Shown here piece after piece: positions 1-8,273 of a stretch of 64,000 nucleotides of DNA. This stretch comes from Maricaulaceae bacterium (GTDB lineage Bacteria; Pseudomonadota; Alphaproteobacteria; Caulobacterales; Maricaulaceae). Made by a program: the position numbers and the translations under genes. The DNA is taken from NCBI GenBank assembly GCA_048268905.1, contig JBLWUN010000006.1:73106-137105 (forward strand), in the 5' to 3' direction. Position 1 is the stretch's first letter. Every line of letters begins with the position of its first letter. The notes beneath the pieces were generated by a model. The model was given only the letters and a program-made list of their open reading frames with translations. It had not been told where the DNA came from and did no database searches.

Positions 1-381
1 TTCGGAGACAAGAATAAGGTCGCCAGAATTGATCTTGGCTTCATATTCTTGGGCGCGTCGGCTCCACATTGTGCGTTTGATACGGGCGCGGCCTTTCAGT
101 GTCGTGAAGGCATCTTTCAATACGTTTTCATTGGAGAGAGCCCGCATCCCGGAATTGCTGGCTTTTATTGTGGGGACGCGCAACGTCATCTTGTCTTGTT
201 CGAACGAGACAACAAACACTTCAATGTCAAAACCCGCGATCACTTCTTGTTCAATCGCCGTAACTTGGCCAACGCCATGAGCGGGATAAACAATGTATTG
301 ACCCGGTTTGAAATTAGCCTTCTTGAGCGTTTTCTTCTTCGACCCGCCCCGTTTCTTGGGCGGTGATTTTGGTGTTGCCAT
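1..381 (-). CDS. carD: CarD/CdnL-family RNA-polymerase-binding transcription factor (N-terminal 127 codons; 3' end lies beyond the window start)
   Basis: My own minus-strand translation from the ATG at 381-379 gives MATPKSPPKKRGGSKKKTLKKANFKPGQYIVYPAHGVGQVTAIEQEVIAGFDIEVFVVSFEQDKMTLRVP..., a typical CarD_TRCF RNAP-interaction domain. It is absent from the ORF track because there is no stop in the window. The carD-fdxA neighbourhood is conserved in alphaproteobacteria. Confidence 0.85.
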   Translation of the reverse strand, partial: MATPKSPPKKRGGSKKKTLKKANFKPGQYIVYPAHGVGQVTAIEQEVIAGFDIEVFVVSFEQDKMTLRVPTIKASNSGMRALSNENVLKDAFTTLKGRARIKRTMWSRRAQEYEAKINSGDLILVSE

Positions 382-499
382 GGGTGGTGTTGCCTTGTGT
401 TTTATTGGCCAATTAAAGATCAGCCTATGTTTAAACAAACAAACGACGCGGACATGTTTTAGGCCCGCGCCGTTCTTTATAACAATTATATAACACAAA

Positions 500-528
500 A
501 ATGACCAAAAATCCACCCGTTCGACGGG
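500..528 (-). terminator. Weak putative rho-independent terminator downstream of fdxA
   Basis: 5-bp GC stem CCCGT/ACGGG (516-520 / 524-528) with a 3-nt loop. On the minus strand it is followed by GATTTTTGGTCATTTTT. Confidence 0.35.
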
Positions 529-580
529 GTATTTTCATCTTCAACTGAAAATAAAGGCGAGATTCCCTCGAAAAATGAGA

Positions 581-922
581 TTATTTTCCAGTACCGGGTT
601 TTTCGCTGAAGTATTTTTCAAACTTTCCGGTCTCGGATTCAAACGCTTCACGGTCTTCTGGCGGCGTGCCTTTCACCGTTATCACAGGCCAAAGTTCGGC
701 ATATTTAGAGTTGATCTCAAGCCATTTTCCGTCGGGGTCGTCCTCGGTATCTGGGACAATCGCGTCCACGGGACATTCTGGTTCACAGACACCGCAATCG
801 ATACATTCATCTGGATGGATAACCAGCATGTTTTCGCCTTCATAGAAGCAGTCTACGGGGCAGACTTCCACGCAGTCCATGAACTTGCACTTAATACACT
901 CGTCTTTGACAATATAGGTCAT
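581..922 (-). CDS. fdxA: 7Fe ferredoxin (3Fe-4S + 4Fe-4S), FdxA type
   Basis: 113 aa with cluster motifs [14 protein letters not shown] and [12 protein letters not shown]. Typical size and conserved position next to carD. Confidence 0.93.
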   Translation of the reverse strand: MTYIVKDECIKCKFMDCVEVCPVDCFYEGENMLVIHPDECIDCGVCEPECPVDAIVPDTEDDPDGKWLEINSKYAELWPVITVKGTPPEDREAFESETGKFEKYFSEKPGTGK

Positions 923-973
923 GAGGCTCTCAAAATTTATCCGATTGCGATGTGGCGATTTAAGGCGGAAATG

Positions 974-1312
974 TCAACCTGCAGTTTTGTCGCCGTGCCA
1001 TTCAAGGGGTAAAACCCGATAGAGCAAAGACGCTTCACTGGACGGGCCCCGGCGTTCTGCGGCCCCGATCATTTCCACATGTATGACCTCTGAACCGCGC
1101 ATGAAAGCCGCGCGATCCCCGGGCTTTAACTGAAGGTGGGCTTTGGTCACACGTTCCGTACGGCCGTTTCGTGTCACTCTTATTTTGCCTTTTAAAATCA
1201 TTTTTGTGGCCAGACTTCGGGTTTTTAAAAGCCGCGTACGAAAGAGCCAGACGTCCAGTCTCTGGCCCTCAGCATGTATATCTCTATCGACGTTAATTTG
1301 GCGTCTCGTCAC
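974..1312 (-). CDS. RNA-binding S4 domain protein (Hsp15-like)
   Basis: S4 motif QRLDVWLFRTRLLKTRSLATKMI. The track ORF runs to 1360 but overlaps the helicase by 47 nt. A GTG at 1312 sits 1 nt after the helicase stop and gives 112 aa. The exact start is uncertain. Confidence 0.75.
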   Translation of the reverse strand: MTRRQINVDRDIHAEGQRLDVWLFRTRLLKTRSLATKMILKGKIRVTRNGRTERVTKAHLQLKPGDRAAFMRGSEVIHVEMIGAAERRGPSSEASLLYRVLPLEWHGDKTAG

Positions 1313-1313
1313 A

Positions 1314-4283
1314 CTAGTCCTTTTTGGGTGAGTTTCCCTTAAGCGCAGCAAGGGCGGCAAACGGCGAGTCTTCTATGCGCTTCTGCTCTTTCATGCGGAA
1401 TTGTTCGTTTGACGGCTTTTTCTCACGCGGCTTGCCCTTATGTTTGGGCTTGTTTTCACGGCGTCTATTTTGGCCGGCCTCAGGTCTGCGGGGGCCCTTT
1501 TTGGCTTTGGAGCCAAAAGGCATAAACCAGAATTCACGATTTTCACGGTGGATATTATTGCCATCTTCGTCCGTTTCCTTGTGGTGGAAAACGTTCAGCT
1601 TTTTGGGCTCGGCCTTGCGTTTCGCGGATTTGGTCTCGGCTGGTGCAGGGGCTTTCGGGTCAGCCTCAGCGGGCGCAGCCGCGGCAGGTGCTTCAGCCGT
1701 ATCGGCCATTTTTTCCGTGGTCTCAGGTGCCTGCGTCGGTCCTGTATCCGGCGCGGGCTGAGCGGTACTTTCGGGCGCCGCAGCTTTTGGGGCACCGCCA
1801 GCGACGAAGCGGTGCGGAACGGGCGCGGTGAGTTCTGGTGTCTCTTGCGCGGCGGCCGTGTCAGCAGGGTCAACAGTTTGGGATTTAAAGCCCAATTCGC
1901 TTAAGACGCCCTGCATGTCTTCGTAATTACAGCCGAGAAGCGCGAGCATTTCCTGCATGATTTGGAAACGGCGTGTGCCGCTTTCAATTTGCGCCTGTCT
2001 TATTAGGTTAGACAAGCGGTTGAGGATATCAAACCGAACAATTCTTGGTCCGCACACGCGGTAGCCTGCGCGCGCGATTGCGCCTTCGGAATAAAGTGTG
2101 CTTGCGTGCTCGCCAGCATTGGAAAGCGACGTAACGCCTGCAAATGGGATGAATGGTTTTTTGTCGCCGCCCGCACCAAAAGCCGCGAGAAGACTCAAAA
2201 GCGTTGCAGGTTTAGGTTTCATAAGGTCGCGTAGGTAAACATCATATTGGCCGAATATGACGCCAACTTCGCGTAGTTGCCGGCGGGTTTCTTGATCGAG
2301 ACTGTGGACCATCGTGGCGTTTTTCTTGCGATCAATATAGCCGTAATTCTCCAGCATTTGATAGGCAAAGCCTCGGGTTTCCGGCCGTGTTTCTGGCGCT
2401 TCGCTTTCGCTGAGCTTTTTAAGGTCTGCAAGACAGGCAAGTTTCGTAGAAACTTCGCCGCGCAAAAAGTCCCGCATGCGGTCTTCTGTCAGATTACGAA
2501 GATTAACGTCGCCCATTTCTCCGCCGACCACGGTTGCATCGGGATTGAAAACAGTGCCGCCTTTCGAAATCGCGCCAATTTTTTTACCACCCCAAAGAAT
2601 AAATCCATCATCGGATAGCGTGAAAATGGTATGCTGCCCGGCGCAAATACTGGTCATGCGGCGATTGACCTCTGGACCGACAGCTTTTTCTGCTGCGGCG
2701 TGCAAGGCTTTTGCTTCGAGATCCGATCCGCTGGCATCGATGGTAAAGGACAGACCGTCCAAATGGCCGATTTTGTGGTCCCCAACCCACACATCGCCAT
2801 TATCTTTAATGGTTGTTTCCATAAATGTATTTTGTCCCATTCCTTTGAGTAGTGCACTGGTCCGTCGGTCTACAAAACGCGCCGTTAATTTCTCGTGTAA
2901 CGCATCAGACAACCTATCTTCAACATTTCTTGCCGCATTTATCCAATAATTATTGTCATTTAGCCATGCTGAGGTGTTCGCGCAGTAGGTCCAAGTGCGA
3001 ATTTGGGCCAGTCTGACGGATAATATGTCGACATTGCCGTCTGTATGGTCGAGCCGCGCGATGCGCTGCCGTAAAAAATCGTCTGGAATTTTTCCGTGAT
3101 TCTCCAAAATTTGATCGTAAATATCGCCGATGAGTTTTACGTGGGTATCAATCGTCAGGTTCCGAAAGTCTGGAATTTGGCAAACATCCCAGAGCCGTTT
3201 AATATCTTTCTTGGTGCTCAGCGTGTCTCTTACGCCAGGTCGGTTAAGGAGGCGCTCAAACGACTCTTCATCCGTGGCGGGCGCGACGCGGCGAAGACGC
3301 CGGTGCGGCGGCGCTTTGGCTAAGCTATCGAGCAGAGCCTCGGGAGAGCTATAGTCGAGATTTGAATTTCGCCACTCGGCAAATTTAAGGGGCTCAAAAT
3401 TATGATTTTCAATGAGCTCTGAGAGTTCGGCATCCATAGGCGGGCAATCGCCCGTTGTTCCGAACGTTCCATTGTTCCGAAAGCGGCCAGCCCGTCCAGC
3501 GATCTGTCCGGCCTCCATTGGCGTCAATCGCCGACGGCGGCTTCCGTCAAATTTACGCATAGATGCGAACGCCACGTGATCTGCGTCGAGATTAAGGCCC
3601 ATGCCGACCGCATCGGTCGCGACAAGGAAATCGACCTCCCCCGATTGGTAAAGCTCGGCTTGGGCGTTGCGGGTTCGAGGGGACAGGGCCCCCATAACAA
3701 TGGCTGCGCCGCCGCGAAACCGTCTCATAAGCTCCGCCAGCGCGTAAACCTCACCCGCGGAGAAAGCCACTATCACGGAGCGTTTGGGGAGCCGTGTGAT
3801 TTTCGTCGGTCCGGTATGGGAGAGCACAGAGAAACGTTCGCGGGTTTCATGGCGCGCATCGGGCAGAAGCTCGCGAATGAGGGCGCGGGCACTCTCGGCG
3901 CCTAAAAGCAACGTTTCTTCTGTGCCGCGCATATGCAAAAGTCGATCTGTGAAAACGTGACCGCGTTCGGGGTGATTGATAAGTTGCACTTCGTCGATGG
4001 CAACGAAAGCAAAGCGCTTGGCTTGTGGCATGGCTTCGACCGTGCACACATAGTAACGCGCAAATTCCGGGACGATTTTTTCTTCCCCCGTAATCAAGGC
4101 GCATTGTCCGGGTCCCTTAAGCGCGCAGATCTTGTCATAGACCTCACGGGCGAGAAGCCGAAGGGGGAGGCCAATCACACCGCTACTGCGGCCGAGCATT
4201 CGCTCGACGGCGTAATGGGTTTTACCCGTATTGGTTGGGCCAAGAACAGCCGTGACTGTTGCCGGGTTAAGAGGGAAAGACAT
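1314..4283 (-). CDS. Superfamily-2 ATP-dependent helicase-related protein (Suv3-like) with a long low-complexity basic C-terminal tail
   Basis: Walker A LGPTNTGKTH, motif II AIDEVQL and helicase C-domain motifs (ATDAVGMGLNL, QIAGRAGR). The C-terminal ~170 aa are rich in Ala/Pro/Lys/Arg. Confidence 0.85.
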   Translation of the reverse strand: MSFPLNPATVTAVLGPTNTGKTHYAVERMLGRSSGVIGLPLRLLAREVYDKICALKGPGQCALITGEEKIVPEFARYYVCTVEAMPQAKRFAFVAIDEVQLINHPERGHVFTDRLLHMRGTEETLLLGAESARALIRELLPDARHETRERFSVLSHTGPTKITRLPKRSVIVAFSAGEVYALAELMRRFRGGAAIVMGALSPRTRNAQAELYQSGEVDFLVATDAVGMGLNLDADHVAFASMRKFDGSRRRRLTPMEAGQIAGRAGRFRNNGTFGTTGDCPPMDAELSELIENHNFEPLKFAEWRNSNLDYSSPEALLDSLAKAPPHRRLRRVAPATDEESFERLLNRPGVRDTLSTKKDIKRLWDVCQIPDFRNLTIDTHVKLIGDIYDQILENHGKIPDDFLRQRIARLDHTDGNVDILSVRLAQIRTWTYCANTSAWLNDNNYWINAARNVEDRLSDALHEKLTARFVDRRTSALLKGMGQNTFMETTIKDNGDVWVGDHKIGHLDGLSFTIDASGSDLEAKALHAAAEKAVGPEVNRRMTSICAGQHTIFTLSDDGFILWGGKKIGAISKGGTVFNPDATVVGGEMGDVNLRNLTEDRMRDFLRGEVSTKLACLADLKKLSESEAPETRPETRGFAYQMLENYGYIDRKKNATMVHSLDQETRRQLREVGVIFGQYDVYLRDLMKPKPATLLSLLAAFGAGGDKKPFIPFAGVTSLSNAGEHASTLYSEGAIARAGYRVCGPRIVRFDILNRLSNLIRQAQIESGTRRFQIMQEMLALLGCNYEDMQGVLSELGFKSQTVDPADTAAAQETPELTAPVPHRFVAGGAPKAAAPESTAQPAPDTGPTQAPETTEKMADTAEAPAAAAPAEADPKAPAPAETKSAKRKAEPKKLNVFHHKETDEDGNNIHRENREFWFMPFGSKAKKGPRRPEAGQNRRRENKPKHKGKPREKKPSNEQFRMKEQKRIEDSPFAALAALKGNSPKKD

Positions 4284-4552
4284 AGGTGACCTATTGGCGA
4301 TTCTTGCTTGGCTGGCAATCCCTGCGTAAAAATCAAAAACAATTGATTCTTCAATAAAATTTTAAGGTTTGGGTGAAAAGACAGGTGTCAATTGCCGTTA
4401 GGGGGTGTTTTCCCTGGGCGAAACGAAAAATTAACCCTGACTGCAAGAATGTAGCGCATTGCGTATATTATCAGTTTGTTAACGCCATTCCTTTCAGAAA
4501 AGTTCATAAGTTTCGTGCATCTTGCAAGGTGATAAAAACCTTGGAGTCACAC

Positions 4553-4885
4553 ATGCCGTACGAAAGGACATTGCCTGTTATGCCATACCCAGCATTCGCG
4601 ATTACGCGGTATGCGGTTTTGGCTTCAGCGTATAATGCGGCTCAGGATGCGGCGAGAGAAACCAAGCCGGAGCCGTCTAACGAAACAGTTCAGAACGCCG
4701 ATGATCTCGTCTCAACACCCCCGCGCGTCAGTTTCGAGCGTTTCCAAGAAATGGCGTCGCAGAGCAAATTCTCCGCCGTTTCGCGCAACGCCGCGTCCGC
4801 GTCTGATCTCGCGCAGCAGGACCTGCAACTGGCGGTTTTGAAAACGCAGGATGCTACAGTTCAAACATTGGACTTGAATTTCTAG
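4553..4885 (+). CDS. Hypothetical protein (110 aa)
   Basis: ATG at 4553 is preceded by GGAG 8 nt upstream. The upstream part of the track ORF (4373-4552) is AT-rich, Cys-rich and looks non-coding. I recognise no motif. Confidence 0.4.
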   Translation: MPYERTLPVMPYPAFAITRYAVLASAYNAAQDAARETKPEPSNETVQNADDLVSTPPRVSFERFQEMASQSKFSAVSRNAASASDLAQQDLQLAVLKTQDATVQTLDLNF

Positions 4886-5118
4886 TTTTCTGGAAATGAC
4901 CGGCGCGCCTGTCACTGCGTCAATTTAATTGCTTCATATTCATATTCTGTCGCCAGACGGGGAAATTTCTTCCAACCGCGACCCTAGCTTGCGGCCGACG
5001 GGAAATTAAAAACCGTTCAGATTCTGCGGTCTTACCTTGCAGCCCCCCTCATTGAGATTAAATGAAAGGTGCAAGATTTACTGGAGTGTCATCTCTGGGT
5101 CATCATTGGAGATCGAAT

Positions 5119-6546
5119 ATGCGCAAATTACTTTTGGCCGGAACCGCAGGCCTCGCCCTTATCATTGCCCCCGCGGCATTATCACAAAGTTCATTTTTTA
5201 AGCAAAACCCGACGGAAAGTGCGGCCCTGTCTGTGGATGGCCGCGGTGTTCTTACAATGGCGCCACTGATTGACCGCGTTTCGCCAACAGTTGTGAGCAT
5301 CCGAACCGAGGGGAAGGCCCCGGAAAAAGATGAGACGCTCGATGAGCGCCAAGAAATGCTTGAGCGGTTTTTTGGACGCCGATTTGAAGAACCTCAGCAG
5401 CGCCGGAGCGCTGGATTAGGATCTGGCGTTATTGTAGATGCTGATGCAGGCTATATTCTGACGAACTTTCATGTGATTGATGACGCCGAGACGATCACGG
5501 TGTCTTTGACAGACAAAAGAGAGCTGACCGCCAAGCTTGTTGGCGGCGATAAAAAAACAGATATCGCCGTTCTCCAAATTGACGCAAAAAATCTCAAAGA
5601 AGTTAAACTGGCTGACGATGGCGATGCAAAAGTTGGTGATTACGTCATCGCGATCGGCAACCCGTTCGGCCTTGGCCACACGGTCACGACGGGGATTGTC
5701 AGCGCGCTCGGGCGCGAGATTTCTCGCGGTGAAAATAGCTATCAGGATTTCATCCAAACGGATGCGTCCATCAATCCCGGGAACTCTGGCGGCGCGCTGG
5801 TGAACTCTAAGGGCGAGCTGATAGGCATTAACTCCGCCATTATTTCTCGTTCCGGCGGCAATAACGGTATCGGATTTGCGGTTCCAACAAAGATGGCGCG
5901 GAGCGTCATGAACCAGTTGATTGCTTACGGCGAAGTGAAGCGCGGAAGAATTGGCGTATCCATTCGCGATATTACGCCTGACTTTAAAGAGGCCTATGAA
6001 CTTTCAACGATGGAAGGGGCTTTTGTGAACGATGTGACGGAAGATAGTCCTGCGGAGAAAGCCGGCATTAAGGCGGAGGATATTATCATCAGCTTTAATG
6101 GTGAAGATATTCGCGATTCCTCTGATATTCGAAATGCTGTGGGCATGGTCGAGCCGGGCAAAAGCGCTGATATTACCTATTTGCGCGACGGAAAACGCCG
6201 CACGTCAAAAATCACGGTTGAGGCCGTTAAAGACGAGCTTGATGTTTTAGACGAAAGCGCAGTTGCTGAAATTCCGGCGATGGAAAGCTTCTCCGGGGCG
6301 ACAATCACCAATATCCCTGATGACCTCAATCTTCGCGGCGGTGATGACGGTGCTTATGTGTCAAATGTACGTCCGGGGTCAAAAGCCCAGCGTGCCGGCC
6401 TTGCCAAAGGCGATGTTATTCGCCGTGTGGGCCGGACAAAAATCGCAGGCCTAAGTGATTTCGAAGAGGCGATCAGCAAGAAAGATGGTCCGATCGCTTT
6501 GACGGTTGAACGCGACGGCACCAATTTATTTTTAGCGGTTCGCTAA
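5119..6546 (+). CDS. degP: DegP/HtrA (Do-family) periplasmic serine endoprotease with two PDZ domains
   Basis: Signal peptide MRKLLLAGTAGLALIIAPAALS. Catalytic-triad contexts TNFHVI, DIAVLQI and GNSGGAL. Two PDZ-like repeats at the C-terminus. GGAG lies upstream of the ATG at 5119. Confidence 0.92.
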   Translation: MRKLLLAGTAGLALIIAPAALSQSSFFKQNPTESAALSVDGRGVLTMAPLIDRVSPTVVSIRTEGKAPEKDETLDERQEMLERFFGRRFEEPQQRRSAGLGSGVIVDADAGYILTNFHVIDDAETITVSLTDKRELTAKLVGGDKKTDIAVLQIDAKNLKEVKLADDGDAKVGDYVIAIGNPFGLGHTVTTGIVSALGREISRGENSYQDFIQTDASINPGNSGGALVNSKGELIGINSAIISRSGGNNGIGFAVPTKMARSVMNQLIAYGEVKRGRIGVSIRDITPDFKEAYELSTMEGAFVNDVTEDSPAEKAGIKAEDIIISFNGEDIRDSSDIRNAVGMVEPGKSADITYLRDGKRRTSKITVEAVKDELDVLDESAVAEIPAMESFSGATITNIPDDLNLRGGDDGAYVSNVRPGSKAQRAGLAKGDVIRRVGRTKIAGLSDFEEAISKKDGPIALTVERDGTNLFLAVR

Positions 6547-6551
6547 ATTAT

Positions 6552-6575
6552 AGACGCGCCGATTATGGCGCGTCT
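6552..6575. terminator. Hairpin between convergent degP and XRE genes (putative bidirectional terminator)
   Basis: Perfect 9-bp stem AGACGCGCC / GGCGCGTCT with a 6-nt loop. The XRE stop codon (6563-6565) lies in the loop. Flanking U-runs are poor. Confidence 0.45.
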
Positions 6576-6763
6576 GTATATTCAAAAATGTCCTCGATAG
6601 CCCGGTCAAAGAGCCGGGCTATTTTAAAGGCCAGCGGCAAAGACGGATCATATTTTCCGGTTTCGATAGCGTTTACCGTTTGCCGGGAGACTTCTAGCTG
6701 GTCCCCAAGCGCGGCCTGTGACCAACCTTTTTCAGCCCTTAATACCTTGAGGGTGTTCTTCAT
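6563..6763 (-). CDS. XRE-family helix-turn-helix transcriptional regulator (66 aa)
   Basis: MKNTLKVLRAEKGWSQAALGDQLEVSRQTVNAIETGKYDPSLPLAFKIARLF is a classic Cro/C1 HTH. The ATG at 6763 overlaps the upstream gene's TGA (ATGA coupling). The track's alternative start is 6775. Confidence 0.88.
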   Translation of the reverse strand: MKNTLKVLRAEKGWSQAALGDQLEVSRQTVNAIETGKYDPSLPLAFKIARLFDRAIEDIFEYTDAP

Positions 6764-7170
6764 AACATTTGGCATCCGGCATCATTGCGCGTGCCAATGA
6801 TCATGGCCGCAATCCCATAGCAGCCATAGAATCCCGGTAGCACATAGAAAATAGGTATAGCGGGAACTTGTGCGTAAATTTCCAGAAATCCCCAAGCTGT
6901 AGTTATCGCCATGAGAGCCACCAACCCATACAGGATCGACTTGATTTGAAGCATACGCACAAACTCATCGACCTCTAGAATGAACCGGGCGTGGGACCAG
7001 ACCCAGAGAAAGACGAAAATGGCGGGCACTAAGGCGAGGCCATAGGTAAAAACGGTGACATCCGCTGACTTGTCGATGAGTTTCGAGACCCCGAAAATAC
7101 TGACCACATAACCCAACATGGCCGGGATAAAAATTTTGAAGTAACGCTTACGCGCGTCTTTATTTGTCAT
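6760..7170 (-). CDS. Small integral membrane protein (about 4 TM helices), first gene of a 2-gene operon with the XRE regulator
   Basis: 136 aa with four hydrophobic segments (IFIPAMLGYVVSIFGV, YGLALVPAIFVFLWVW, ILYGLVALMAITTAWGFL, VLPGFYGCYGIAAMIIG). Translationally coupled to the HTH gene. Confidence 0.7.
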   Translation of the reverse strand: MTNKDARKRYFKIFIPAMLGYVVSIFGVSKLIDKSADVTVFTYGLALVPAIFVFLWVWSHARFILEVDEFVRMLQIKSILYGLVALMAITTAWGFLEIYAQVPAIPIFYVLPGFYGCYGIAAMIIGTRNDAGCQML

Positions 7171-7185
7171 AGCTGTCTCTCCTTT

Positions 7186-7238
7186 GTAAAGTATGCTTTA
7201 CATATTGTGCGTAAAACACAATGTCAAGCATACTTTAC
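7186..7238. promoter_or_regulatory. Nested palindrome; candidate operator in a divergent promoter region
   Basis: Perfect 13-bp arms GTAAAGTATGCTT (7186-7198) and AAGCATACTTTAC (7226-7238). An inner pair ATTGTG (7204-7209) / CACAAT (7217-7222) lies between them. The site is 16-68 bp upstream of the membrane-protein ATG. Confidence 0.5.
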
Positions 7239-7315
7239 TAAAAGTCGTGCTTATTTGACATTTGAGTCACAAACTTGTGTATGACAGAGACGAAAAACTG
7301 CGTTAGACACGGTTC

Positions 7316-8257
7316 ATGAATGCACCGATAGACCCACAAAAATTTAAAGATCCTTTTGTTACAGCTAAAGGTGAAACCCGCGCGCGTGTGACCTTCAAGT
7401 CATTGGAAACCTTATGGTTTAATACGGGGAGCCTGTGCAATATCGAATGCGCGAACTGCTATATTGAAAGCTCGCCGAAAGCCGATCATTTCGTTTATTT
7501 GACGCCGCAGGACATGTCGCCCTTCCTCGATGAGGTCGATGCAAAAGGACAGGGCGCTGTTGAGATTGCCTTTACTGGGGGGGAACCGTACATGAACCCC
7601 GATATTTTGCGTTTGTCGGAAATGGCGCTTGAGCGCGGACACAGGCTACTCGTTTTAACCAACGCCATGAAACCAATGATGCGTCCACGGCTGCAGGCGG
7701 GGCTCCTGAAACTTCAAAACGAATTTCCTGATATGATGACGCTGCGGGTGAGCCTCGATCATTTTACAGCCAAAGAACATGACCGTGAACGGGGCGAAGG
7801 CAGCTTTGCAGCGGCCCTTTTGGGCCTGCGCTGGCTCTCGGACAATGGATTTACGGTGCACATTGCAGGACGTTCGATGTTCTCGGAAAACGAAGCGGCG
7901 GCGCGAGCGGGCTATGCACAACTTATCAAAGAGCAGGGCTGGTCAATCGATGCGTTTAATCCCGGGCAAACAATCCTGTTTCCTGAAATGGATGCGAGCG
8001 TTGACGTGCCGGAAATCACAACAGATTGCTGGGGGATATTAAATGTTCATCCAGACAGCATGATGTGCGCAACGAGCCGGATGGTGGTGCGCCGCAAAGG
8101 CGCGGGCAAAGCCAGCGTTCTTGCGTGCACGCTCTTATGGGATGATCCGCAATTTGAACTGGGCGATACATTCGAAGACAGCATGCAAGATGTGAAATTA
8201 AATCATCCACATTGCGCAAAATTTTGTGTGCTGGGCGGAGCGAGCTGCTCCGCATAG
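7316..8257 (+). CDS. Radical SAM protein with a C-terminal Cys-rich region (ArsS-like architecture; function unknown)
   Basis: CNIECANCY is a CxxxCxxC motif. GGEPYMNP is a SAM-binding glycine motif. The C-terminus has a cysteine cluster, HPHCAKFCVLGGASCS. Confidence 0.85.
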   Translation: MNAPIDPQKFKDPFVTAKGETRARVTFKSLETLWFNTGSLCNIECANCYIESSPKADHFVYLTPQDMSPFLDEVDAKGQGAVEIAFTGGEPYMNPDILRLSEMALERGHRLLVLTNAMKPMMRPRLQAGLLKLQNEFPDMMTLRVSLDHFTAKEHDRERGEGSFAAALLGLRWLSDNGFTVHIAGRSMFSENEAAARAGYAQLIKEQGWSIDAFNPGQTILFPEMDASVDVPEITTDCWGILNVHPDSMMCATSRMVVRRKGAGKASVLACTLLWDDPQFELGDTFEDSMQDVKLNHPHCAKFCVLGGASCSA

Positions 8258-8273
8258 GCTTTGCTGTCTGCGA

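Noticed and set aside
4373-4552. 60-codon upstream part of ORF 4373..4885
   Set aside because: The DNA is AT-rich with Cys/Lys-rich translation and an alternative (non-ATG) start. A good GGAG-ATG start exists at 4553.
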